Shown one piece after another: positions 14,101 to 25,741 of a DNA stretch of 64,000 nt (its first letter is position 1; each line of letters begins with the position of its first letter). Source of the stretch: Octopus sinensis (Eukaryota); the NCBI RefSeq assembly GCF_006345805.1, contig NC_043004.1, forward strand, positions 9,052,001 through 9,116,000, given 5' to 3'. The position numbers and the translations under genes are program-made. The notes beneath the pieces are model-generated. The model had not been told where the DNA came from and searched no databases. It worked only from the letters and a program-made list of their open reading frames with translations.

Positions 14101-14593
14101 GCAGTGCTACCGAGAAGCGCTACCCGTTCGGGATAAGCTCTACAGACACGGCTCGAGAAACACGGGGCCGACCTGCCCGAGATGCGGTCAGAGCGACGAA
14201 ACCGTTCTGCACGCACTCGTGCAGTGTCCAACAATTTCCGACCTGTGGGCTTGTGTCGAACAACTGCTGTCACGTGTGGGACGAGTCGGTTTATCAGCTG
14301 AGTCTATCGTTAATATTGTCACGCCTCCCTCCTTCAAACGGGAAGGAAGAGCTATTTTCATCATCCTTGTGGCTATGGCGAAAGAATGTATCTGGTGGAC
14401 GCGTCTGAAAGGATTGGAGACAAACACTTTCCTCTCTGGTCAATCTCTCATCAACTTCTTCAAGTACCACTTGAAAAGGAAAGTGAGAGTAGAGAGGCAA
14501 GTTTTGTCTAGCGAATGTTTTAAAAAAAGATGGGTGAATGTAGCAAGAATGGCACGTATGAATGACGAAGCCACCTTGAGCATGATCCTATGA
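11163..14593 (+). CDS. Tx1 ORF2: apurinic-like endonuclease + reverse transcriptase + C-terminal zinc finger (small indels near 13544-13630 and 14071)
   Basis: APE motifs NARGL, ISET, GDWN, YLDRI, TDHK; RT motifs KSPGLDG, NFRPITLLN.D.KI, LDQSKAFDRV, RQGCPLS, YADD; C-terminal CPRC...H...C reached by a frame change at 14071. Confidence 0.93.
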
Positions 14594-15290
14594 ACCCAGA
14601 AATTGAAAACAGAGAGTTGCTTATTTGCAAAAAAAAAAAAAAAATGAAATATAACATGTGACTCCATTGACCGAGGTTACCGTGGTCTTTTCCGTAGGCT
14701 TTTCTTTCCACGGGCAAACCTCACCTGTCCTCCCCTTTACACTTCATATTGACATTTCTGTGATAACGATCCCTATTGATCAAATTTTTTTTTTCCTCTC
14801 CCCCTTTTTTTAACCCCCCTTTTTTTTGTCCTCTTTCTCTCCTTTTACGATCCCTTTTGATCGAAACTCTCCCTCCTTTTTTCTTTTTTCTTTTTTTTTT
14901 TTTTTAAACCTTCAAAAGAAAAGCTCTACCTTGTAATTTGTTCTATCTGTGTGCAGCCCTGTGTGGTTAATAAAGAAACATATCTATCTATCTATCTATC
15001 TATCTGCTGTATGTAGGCATGTGTATAAAATACACACGGACATTTTCATATTTTTGTTCTTTGCAAGTTTGTTGTCAATTCGTCGTCTTCTGATCATAAC
15101 TATGGATATATTATACTTATAAAAACAAAAAATACCAAAGACTAAAACAGAATTTAAAAAAAAGGGTTTCTATCATTAGAATATCACTATCACCTTTGAG
15201 ACAGTAAATGAAATAATATTTAATCACTGGCGTCGTCGTCGTCATCATCTCCATCATCATTGTTATAATTAATTATCATCATTGTCATCC

Positions 15291-15354
<64 letters not shown>

Positions 15355-15698
15355 GTCTTTAATTTATTATCATCTTCCATATTTTTCTCCTTTTTCCAAA
15401 AAGTGTTTCCTCCCAACCTTTTCCCCGTTCCTCTGCTCAGTTGAGTTATTTTCATTTACATAAGCGTCTTTAGCCCCCCCCTCTCTATCCAGTCTCTCAC
15501 ACCCCATATAACATCTCTGAGTTGTTGTCGTCTTTGTTGTTGTTGTTGTTGTTGTCGAGTGTCATATTTTTGGAGGGTCTTTTCATGTCGACACACACGT
15601 GTACACACTAACACCCTTGCAAACGCGCATAGTCCTTGGATTGTCGGGTATCCGTTTGTGTCTCTCTCTACCAATCAATCTATCTATCCATCCATTTC

Positions 15699-15742
<44 letters not shown>

Positions 15743-16154
15743 TAGAGAAAGCGAGAAAGAGAGGGATGTGTTATATACACACGTGTATCTGTATATGTTG
15801 ATACGCAGGCGTTGTCATTATTCGGCGTATGAACGTATAAACAGATGTGTGTGTATATTATGTTGACACGGGCGCGCACATATAAACACGTACACTCGTG
15901 CTTAGTGGTCATTGCTTGCATTTATACATTCTTGTATATGCGTCTGTTAAGTCACAGCACAACACACGCCCACGACCCCCACACGTGCGCCACACACACA
16001 CACAAGTCCATAAAGAGACATATATCTGCATTGGTTACAGTGTGCTTCTACATACACGTGCATGTGCGTGCTGGATTGAGAAGTGTTAGCAACTCGATCT
16101 ATTCCGTAGAATCACAAATAATACAACAAAAGAAGAAAAACGGAGAAGATGTAT

Positions 16155-16370
16155 TAGTTTCAGATTTTGGCACAGGGCCAGCAATTTCGAGGAAGGGGGT
16201 AAGTAATTTAAATCCACCCCAGTGCTCAACTGGTACTTATTTAATCAACCCCGAAACGATGAAATATACAAAGTCGACCTCGGCAGAATTTGAACACCGA
16301 ACGTAAAGACGGACGAAATACTGCTAAGCAGTTTATCCGGCGTGCCAACGATTCTGCCGGCTCGCCGCCT
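16155..16370 (-). mobile_element. tRNA-derived SINE, family B
   Basis: Reverse complement of the GGCGGCGAGCTGGCAGAA.CGTT...TTCAAATTC.GCCGAGGTCGACTTT family seen on + at 51331. Confidence 0.85.
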
Positions 16371-16599
16371 CAGAGGAAAAAATATATTGATCATGTGTGC
16401 AAAATTACCTTCTGTTCAAAGAAATTGATTTCTAAATCCACAGAGAGAAGAATATAAGCGCTTAAGTTGAAAGGCAAATGTCAATAACTCGCAGAATTCG
16501 AACGCAAAATTAGAGACAAAACTAAATCGTTAGAGTAAAGCTTTTATGCTGACTTTCTGTTTAACTGTTCTTTACTGGCCCTGAATGAAGTGAATCCAA

Positions 16600-16950
16600 G
16601 AAATTTGTAGAGCAAGGGGAAGTGGATTACAACAGACCCAATACTTAACTGGTACTTTATTTTATCGCATACGAAAGATTGGAAAATATTGCCGACCTCG
16701 ATGCTCGACTTCAAATTCAGAACGTTAAAAGCCGATTAAATGCCGTGAAGTATTTTGTCCGGCATGCTAACAATTCTGCCACCTCACTGTGTATGCTTCA
16801 AATTTTGGGACCAGATCAGCGGTTTTAGTTGAGGTGGGTGAGTCGATTACACGGTACTTTATTTTGTCGACCTCGAAAGGATGAAAGGAAAGCTGACATC
16901 AGCGGGATTTGAACTTAGACTCTAAAGAGCCAGAAGGATTATCAAAAGGC
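16600..16950 (-). mobile_element. Two adjacent degenerate family B-related SINE copies
   Basis: Each contains ACTGGTACTT.ATTT.TCG...GAAAG.AT and B-box-complement motifs. Confidence 0.65.
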
Positions 16951-17567
16951 ATCAATTAAACAGTCATAAGTGCATAGCTGTTATTGATTTTTTGCTAACC
17001 TGAATGCGCTTGTATTTGTAAAAGGGAAAACTGAATGCTACATTCTACGTGTATCCCCTCTATATCATTCAACGGTCTTCTACGGATAAAACCGAAAGGC
17101 AAAGTCGTAAATAAATATTGTATGATATTTTGTCCACCGTTTTTCAGTGTATGGCAGTTTATACTGCAATTATATGTGTGTTTGTGTGAGTGAGCTTGTA
17201 TAAGCAATGTATATATATATATATGCCACCATAGAAATTTTGTATGAAAAACATGTGGAACTCCAGAACTGACATCATGAAGCACTAACTTATTTTATTT
17301 TTCCTTCTCTTACACCATGATTAAATCGTCTTGAAAACAATTGAAACCAGTAGCATATTTGGATATAATTGTAAATGTTTTCTTTCTTTTATCCATACCA
17401 AAGTTCGTTAGCCATTTTCTTTCTTTTTTTTTGTTTTTGAATATGAATATACTGTATACATAACAGAGAAAGAGAGAGAGGGGGTTGCTAGATAGATATG
17501 TTTAAGCAATTGTATACATATACAATCAGGAATTAAAGGTAATGCTAATGCTACTTCGTAACAATCC

Positions 17568-17628
<61 letters not shown>

Positions 17629-18413
17629 TATATGTGTGTGTGCATTTATTTGTGTAAAAGAGTTTATGTGCATACGTATGTATGTATGTATGTATGTATG
17701 TATGTATGTATGTATGTATGTATGTATGTGTGTGTGTGTCAGCAATATAAAAAGATAGTAAAACCTCTTTTGTTTCGTTGTTTTTTTTTATTTCACAGGA
17801 TTCATGTTTCAGCAATTGTCATTATAGTTGTTTAGCTTCAGGTCAACTTTAGTCGAATGGTTCTACAATCAAATTTTTTCTTTCCGTGGCCATTCCATCT
17901 TTCGTTTCCAGCATTTTGTATTTAGAATTGCATCACGTTTTTTGCCTTCTATTTAGCTAAAAATGGTAGCGCTTTAAAAAGTTGGAGATTTGGCTGCTAT
18001 TTTTAGTATAAAGACGGACTTTGTAGAAGCCCAGTCATTCGTTAAGCATTTGCTTTCGTAGACATGCTGTTGGTCAGTCTGGTGTCCGACATATTGGTAG
18101 TACGAGCAGCTTGGTTTCATAGTAAAGCGATTAGTCATTCTAATTGCAGTTATATTATCTAACTGACCGGCTGGCGAGCTGACCCGTTGTCTGATTGGTT
18201 TGTTTGTCTGTTGGTAGTTTGGTTTCACGGTCAACCGGTCAATCAATGTAATAGTAGACTAGGTGATTGTTTGGTTTGCTGGTGAGGCTGTTGGTCATTC
18301 TGCTGACTGACCAGTCGTGTTTCGTGGTTTAAGCAGCTGGTCACTTTTGTTTTATTAGTATTTTCTATTTGTTTGTCGATTGGTCGATTGGTTTATCCAC
18401 ACACACACATACA

Positions 18414-18472
<59 letters not shown>

Positions 18473-20136
18473 GCACACACAAGTTAAATGTTGTCAATAT
18501 GGTGAGCAACGCTGTCATGGTTGACTACCACCGTGACTCTTTGTCTGATTTAGTAGTCAGTGGTTTCTAGCCCAGTTACTGATGTAGTTGTTTAACCTCA
18601 GGACAGCTTCAATACACCAAACTTCTTATAATCGAAGACATTCCAACGGTGACCATGCAGTCTTTCTTTTTTTCATTTTCACAAATACTATATATTTAAA
18701 TTTACATTATGTATTTCTTAGGACCGCAGGATCTGATTTGAGGCAGATCCAGTTGATATTTCTAGCGTGTTGAATTATCACTTTGAGCCTCCGTTAGTAA
18801 TCAAGTGGTTGCTATGTTCTTAATATTTATCCTCCTGTGCGGATCTATTCTTCTTCTGATGGCTTTTTCGTCCTTTACGTTGTCAGGGAACGGATTTTTC
18901 AACGTGGTTTTCCTACTTTCTTTTTTGTTTTTGCCACAGGGTAGGATTTGAGAGAAATTTTGCCTCGCAGGCGCTCTCCAGTTGTCTCGTAGTCAAGCAG
19001 ATGATCAGAATAGAGACTGTCATAATGGCTGTTGTGGTTGCTCAATATGGTTGTAAACACGTCAGATGGCCGCTCGTTTGAAAGAAGGACCGCAGAGTAG
19101 TTGATACGTTGGTTGGTTTCTTGGTTGACTGAATGGTTTCAAAGTCGGGCTGTTGGTCACTCTGGTGGCTCGTTGGTCACATTATATTGTGTGTCTCCTG
19201 TTAGTAAGTATATGGATAAGCAGACATACTAATGATGAGGCAGGAGAGTGAGGGAGAGACAAATCAGTTGGTCAATCAAGTGACTGGTTAATTTGGTGAT
19301 TGTTTAATCTGTTCTGCTGTCAATAGAGTGGTTCCATTGGTCAGAAAATTAGTTTCTTTGATCTCAACCAATCAGTTCTTTGAGCAGAGACTTACCATTA
19401 TCAGCTGATTACTTAGTCATACATCACTGGACTTACCATCCTTGTGGTTTAGTTGTTGCTGTTGTTGTTGTTTTTGTTGCTGTACAACCACCAGTTAGCT
19501 TTGGCCATCTAGATCCGTGAACAAAAGCGTCTCAATCATGACCCTCCCTTATGTATCTTTTATCTTTGACCTTTCACTTCTTTTTGTCATTGGAACGCGG
19601 TCATGCTGGGGCTTTTAAAGAGAGTAACGTGTAATTTAAAAGATAATTGGTTGCTATTTCTAGCATGTCAGTAATTACGTAAAGGTTGAGGTTGTAAAGC
19701 CAAGTCTGACCGAGCAGACTTGATACTTTGGCCAGTTTAAAAGCTACTTAACAGGTTCATTGGTCAATTTGATGACCATGACAGGTTTAATTAGCACTTA
19801 GTTAGTCTGAGCAACCTTATTTTGTGGCCAGTCAGTCACGTGTCCAACTGCTCAGTTTAGTACATAGTTAATTAGATGAATGCTCCGTCTGGGCGTATTG
19901 GCTGTATTTCTGTTGTTGTTGTTGTTGTTGTTGTTGTTAGTCCATGTGATCTTTTATCAAAGAGATCTAATTTATTCTGAATAATTATTTCAGACATGAC
20001 CAATCCATCTATTTTGAACATTATAAAGTAGAGTATAGCTAAGATCCCATCATTCCAATGTGCCCTTCCTGTTTCAAAAGAGAGTAGTAAGTAATCTGAA
20101 TACTTGGCTGGTATTTCTAGTGGCAACCATATAGCT

Positions 20137-20479
20137 CAGTGGGTCTCAACTTTTTTATACCTGCAGACCCCTTTGATTACTATTCTATTCTTGTGCGCCC
20201 CCTTCACCATAGCCATTCGATGTTTAAAATCTAGTTTTATAGAAACATCTTTCAAAATTCCTATTTTGCTTTTCACGCATTCACTTGTATAGGTTGGACT
20301 TTGTGAAGCGCTAAACAAAAAAACCCGACCTCTGCCTTACAAAGATATTTGAATCAAGACTTTTCATGGACTCTTGAAATGCTGCGCGGGGTTCCCAGTT
20401 TACTATTTTGCTTGCTTGGACCCCGCTAATACATATAGGGATCTCCAAGAGTCATATGGACACCAGCTTAGAAACACCG
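20137..20479. mobile_element. Probable hAT-type MITE
   Basis: Starts CAGTGGGTCTCAACT and ends with degenerate GGACACCAGCTTAGAAACACCG (cf. typical CAGTGGTTCTCAAC...GTTGAGAACCACTG termini); no ORF. Confidence 0.5.
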
Positions 20480-20619
20480 ATATCGATACTCCCAGGTTGA
20501 CTGGTGCAGATGATCGAGTTTGTGGTCGTAGTGAGAGTCATATGGACACCAGCTTAGAAACACCGATATCGATACTCCCAGGTTGACTGGTGCAGATGAT
20601 CGAGTTTGTGGTCGTAGTG
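20448..20619. repeat. Perfect 86-bp tandem duplication
   Basis: 20448-20533 is identical to 20534-20619. Confidence 0.95.
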
Positions 20620-21221
20620 GAAGCGTTTAGCCACAGGTTAGTCCTCATCGACCATGCAGATCGCTCATTCAAATCATCAAACCCTTTCCAATCACAATCA
20701 TCCGCTTTTTGCTCAGTTTTAGTACATTCAAGGCCACATTATTAAAATGTAGTTTGAGCGACGAAACCGGCTGCTAATCCTAGTATGTCGACCGACCAAT
20801 TAACAATTACGACCAAGTTAATGACAGCGAAGACGACGACGACGGTGATGATGATGATGATGATGATGAGGATGAGGAGGAGGAGGAGGATGAGGAGGAG
20901 GAGGAGGAGGAGGAGGATGTTATTTGCGCTGTTAATGATACGGATATGGACATCATTGTGTTGTGGCTTTTTAGAAAGAATCTATCTCCATACTTTCACT
21001 TTTCCTTCATCTGTTCACCTTTTCTTATTCTCTGTCTCCCTCTGCCACTATAATTTTTGTGTACATCTTTATCTATATATGTATGTATATATACATGTAC
21101 ACACACATACGCACGCATATGTATGTATACATATGTATATATCTATATCTATATATCTATCTATGTATATTAATATATATATATTTACATATATGTATAT
21201 ATTTATTTGTATATATATATA

Positions 21222-21266
<45 letters not shown>

Positions 21267-21282
21267 ACATACATATATATAT

Positions 21283-21328
<46 letters not shown>

Positions 21329-21882
21329 GGCAAATAAGTAAACAGAGAGGATATAAAATCGACAGACATCAGCCGGTAAACATTCAAGTATGTCTATTTA
21401 TTCAAATGTATTGGATGAATACACCCCCACATGTGCGAGTGATACAGATTAGCGAGTGGAAAAAGCTGGTAACTGTATAGACAAAGGTGTGAATAACGTA
21501 TAAGTATATAGAAACAAATGAGCAAAAATATAGTACCTGCACACCCATTTATATTTTTGCTCATCTGCCCGTTGCAAAAAACACTTGAATGTTTACTAGC
21601 TGATGTTTGTCGACTTTGAGTCTTCTCCGTTTTCTTATTTGCCGCATAAATCAAGGGTACATCACTCTTTTACCCCCGCCCAGATATAATAATCAACTGC
21701 AAGATTACCATGCAATAAGTAGCACTTAGGTATGAATAACTGGGTACACTACCAGCAGTATATTGGATAGGTACTATCCCTTGGTTTCTCAACATCCGAC
21801 TCACACAAAAATACACACACACACACACACACACAAATACACACACACGCACACACACATGTATATATTTATGTGTGTGTGT

Positions 21883-22008
21883 GTATCCAAACAATGAACA
21901 AAAACAAACATGAAAAAACAACAACGTGAGGACGTGGTACAAGTAATGTATTATCAAACGCTCAGGAAAGGAAAGAGGAATTAATGTTTCGAGCAAAGCT
22001 CTTCTTCA
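21883..22008 (-). mobile_element. PLE terminal (pLTR-like) fragment with truncated HHR-like motif
   Basis: Minus strand reads (A)TGAAGA-A-GAGC-TTT-GCTC-GAAAC-ATT; 5' side lost into (TACA)n. Confidence 0.5.
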
Positions 22009-22046
22009 TACATACATACATACATACATACACACATACACACACA

Positions 22047-22078
<32 letters not shown>

Positions 22079-22197
22079 CATACATACATACATACATACA
22101 TTCATACATATATACATACATATACACATATACATACATATACATACAAATATACATATATATGTATGTGTATAAGTATATATATATATATATATAT

Positions 22198-23945
22198 AAA
22201 TTAAATTAGAGATAAAACCACTATTAGACAAATCAAACAGTGAAAAACATAAACCAAAACATAAAAATTAAAATAATTAATATAATATTCAAAATATATA
22301 AAATATAAAATTTAAAATTTAAATTATTTAAATTTAAAATTATTAATCTATATTTATAAATTTTTAGATTTTTAAATTTAAATTAATTATAAGATAATAA
22401 GTAAAACCACTACGTACGTTTCATGTTCAAAACCTAATTCGAATTAAAATAATTCAAATTCGATTAAAAATTAGAATTATGGTTATAGTCAATCTTCAGG
22501 TTAATGATAATAGTTAGATAAATAAGCAAATATATTTAAACAATATTTTTTAAGAAATGAATAAAATAATAATTATCAAATTAGAAACTTTAACGTTTAT
22601 GATTATGTCATACAATCCAATTATAATGTTAAATATTAATTTTCAAGGTAAGAATAGATAGAAAATGTATTTATCTATTCAGTTATAATATGGCTTTAAA
22701 AAATCGTAATAAACTCACGAATAACCTAATCTCAGTTATAGTCAATATCTAATTACCTAATTATTTAAAAAAAGAATAATCAAAAAAATAATCACTATTC
22801 ATATTATTAAATTTAAGTTCAAATCAAATAATTATAAAATATTTGAATAGTAACTAAATCATCAATAAATATATATAAATATATATAAATATGATAATTA
22901 AGATCTAAAATTATCTCTATCAATAAATATATATACGTATTTTAAAAAACTAAATGAATTAATTATTCATTATTACTTATGAAATATATTAAAAAATTAA
23001 AAGATTAAAGATGAAAAAGCAAATTGAAAACGTATAAACTATCTTAAAAGAACCCTATAACTATTTAACGATCCATATATCTCGTTGGCTAATTAATGAC
23101 TTACAAAAACCGTATAGTTATGATCTAATAATGAAATAATGAATTACATATCTTCAACAACTAAATACTTATACAATCCGTAGTTATATAGTATCCAATA
23201 AATGCCATATAACATAAATTATTAAAATATAAAAAAAAAAAGGTTTACTTATTTTTAATGAAAACTACGAATATATTTTATCAATGAAAAATACTACTAC
23301 AAATTATCAATTGAAAATAGCTATATTTAAGCTATAATAGAACAAAGTCAACTATTAGAGATATTTATGAATATATAATATAGCTTAAAAAAAACATAAT
23401 AAACTCACAAATATCCTTAACTCAGTTATAGTCCAAATTTAATTACCAAATTATTTAACTAAATAATCGTTATTTATATTTTAGATTTAAGTACACATCT
23501 AATAATTATAAAATATTTAAAAATAATAACTAAATTACTATCAACAAATATAGTAATTAAAGACTAAAATTTATGCTATATAGACAAATAAAGAAAAATA
23601 AATAAATTAATTAATCCAATACTACTTACATAAATATTAAATATTAATATAATATAATTATGAGATACATTAAAAAAATTAAAGATTAAAATCAAATTAA
23701 AACATGAAACCTAACTTTAAAAATCGTATTACTATTAACGATCTATATATCTCTTTGGCTAAGTAAAATCTTAAAAATAACGTAGAGTTAAAATCTAAAA
23801 ATTATATACATAACTTCGATAACTAAATCATTACATAACAATCAGTATTTATATAGTATACAAAATAATACAATAAGACTTATTAAAATATTTAAAATTT
23901 TAAAAGTTTAAAATCTTAAATAGAAATAGATTACTTAGCTTTCCA
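22198..23945 (-). mobile_element. Extremely AT-rich degenerate repeat, probably PLE-derived, with an internal diverged tandem duplication of about 690 bp
   Basis: Terminus AAATTAAATTAGAGATAAAACCACTATTAG.CAAATCAAACAGTG recurs at 30930; CTGAAGA...GAAACGTACGT on the minus strand at 22411-22499; 22690-23135 is similar to 23378-23800. Confidence 0.55.
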
Positions 23946-23978
23946 AGGCTTTGTGATATGTCTGTATGTGTGTGCGTA

Positions 23979-24040
<62 letters not shown>

Positions 24041-24143
24041 ATATATACCGGAGTAAACACATAAATGTGAAACAAGGTGGAAAAAAGAGTACTCAAATAC
24101 CAGTGGTAGAGTAATATGCTTTATTTTAAGCAGCAGAAAATTC

Positions 24144-24197
24144 AACAAAATCTGTTACTCTGAGTTTCTCGTTGCCGTTCATCAGACAGTTCTTGCT
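24144..24197 (-). ncRNA. Type I hammerhead ribozyme motif (PLE-type), minus strand
   Basis: AGCAAGAACTGT-CTGATGA-ACGGCAACGA-GAA-ACTC-A-GAGT-A/ACAGATTTTGTT; 12-bp stem I with one A.A mismatch and two G.U pairs; weak stem II (CG-GCAA-CG closed by A.A). Confidence 0.7.
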
Positions 24198-24251
24198 AAC
24201 AAAATCTGTCTGATGAACGGCAACGAGAAACTCAGAGTAACAGATTTTGTT
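24198..24251 (+). ncRNA. Type I hammerhead ribozyme motif (PLE-type), plus strand
   Basis: AACAAAATCTGT (24198-24209), CTGATGA (24210-24216), stem II ACGGCAACGA, GAA, ACTC-A-GAGT, predicted GUA cleavage after 24239, ACAGATTTTGTT (perfect 12-bp stem I). Confidence 0.75.
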
Positions 24252-24277
24252 GAATTTTCTGCTGCTTAAAATAAAGT

Positions 24278-24330
<53 letters not shown>

Positions 24331-24419
24331 ATTATATATATATATATAATGAATTAATAATAAATGAAACATATGTATATATACATACATATATGTACGT
24401 ACCTACCTCTACATGCATA

Positions 24420-24860
24420 TATGGGTACAGGACACCAAAAAAACGTCGAACACAATGAGAAGCGAAACCATAAACACAAAACCAAGGAAATGGACATTTT
24501 TTTAAAACAACGAAAAAATAGAGTACAGGACATACACAACAAGGAAAATTCCCCTTCTTCAGTCGCCTTAATTTCATTTACTCCACGTTTCGAAGGTCAA
24601 GGCGATACATGACTTCAATGAAAATTTCCTTCCCGCGAAAATCAAATTAAATAAAATTTGAGATTTTTTTTGCGGAGGGGTAAAAATGGTAACAAAAACA
24701 AGATAGTAACGACAGTACAAAATATAAACAGTAAAGGACAGGACACGGAGAATAACAGTAACACAAACAAGAAGGGCTGTTAAGCCAAACGAGATAAAAA
24801 AATTTTACGGTAAAAAAATTTTATGTCCATTTCCTTGGTTTTGTGTTTATGTTTATGTTT
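24420..24860 (-). mobile_element. Further PLE-like terminal fragment with a short inverted end
   Basis: Contains ACGTTTCG on + (GAAACGT on minus); 24468-24497 and 24823-24851 are about 29-bp inverted repeats; sits between (TA)n tracts. Confidence 0.45.
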
Positions 24861-25258
24861 GTGTTAAGCTCCCGTCATCTGTCTCCGAAGATAATGTATG
24901 TATACATGCCTATGTGCATACATACACGCGTGTGCGCGCATAGACACACACAGATTCACAAACAATTAGAAACCTAATTGAAATGAAAAATCTGATTGGC
25001 ATAACTAACGCGCTGTCGACAGCTAGATCACTTAACTTTAGATTCGCTAAGCAGTCTGCTTCGGCTAACTTAAATATATAACAGCGTGCTGTATATGTAG
25101 GAAGTATAAGTTTGAGGGGTTGCTAATTATTTGCTTACATTTGTCCATTATTTTCGATTACCTATAGCTGAGTATATTAATCTATACAGGTATTTACTGT
25201 AAAGTACACACACGCGCATACGCGTCCACACACGCACGCACACACGCACACACACACA

Positions 25259-25297
<39 letters not shown>

Positions 25298-25545
25298 CAT
25301 ACATACTCACACTTATATACTCAAGCACATACATAGAAACGTGTACGTTTAAACGAACATAAATACATACAGATATGGCGCGGTGGGAGCGCCGGTTTAA
25401 CAAGAAACACTCGTGCACGTACATACCCACATTTGTACATCCCTACATGCACATGAGAACCATTTCACAGTCATACGTACAAGCATACCTGTTTATATTT
25501 ATACGTATATACACACGCACATATATACATACATACATACATACA

Positions 25546-25591
<46 letters not shown>

Positions 25592-25687
25592 CCGGAGTAA
25601 ACACATAAATGTGAAACAAGGTGGAAAAAAGAGTACTCAAATACCAGTGGTAGAGTAATATGCTTTATTTTAAGCAGCAGAAAATTC

Positions 25688-25741
25688 AACAAAATATGTT
25701 ACTCTGAGTTTCTCGTTGCCGTTCATCAGACAGTTCTTGCT
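25688..25741 (-). ncRNA. Type I hammerhead ribozyme motif, third copy of the 24-kb family
   Basis: Same core as 24144-24197; one substitution (ACAG to ACAT) breaks the fourth pair of stem I. Confidence 0.65.

Larger units (their letters stand above)
8900..14980 (+). mobile_element. Tx1-like (L1 clade) LINE copy 3, apparently full length, about 6.1 kb
   Basis: 5' UTR, ORF1 with CCHC knuckle, ORF2 APE-RT-zinc finger, pyrimidine-rich 3' UTR, AATAAA, then (TATC)n. Confidence 0.95.
24048..24276. mobile_element. PLE pLTR (minus strand) plus inverted partial copy, forming a 71-bp-arm palindrome
   Basis: 24048-24198 matches 25592-25742 (one substitution); arms 24119-24189 and 24206-24276 are exact reverse complements. 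Confidence 0.85.

Noticed and set aside
18841-19080. Protein-like minus-strand frame (HYDSLYSDHLLDYETTGERLRGKISLKSYP)
   Set aside because: Ends at a stop after an A-run, no convincing splice sites and no family recognised; a BLASTX hit would reopen it.
22198-23945. Possible mitochondrial control-region insertion (NUMT)
   Set aside because: No mitochondrial gene or tRNA similarity seen; its terminus recurs at 30930 next to (TA)n like a nuclear repeat.
24557-24625. Circularly permuted (type II) hammerhead on the minus strand (GAAACGTG...CTGAAGA)
   Set aside because: Cleavage-site base would be G, stem I is absent and the 10.1-11.1 pair fails.
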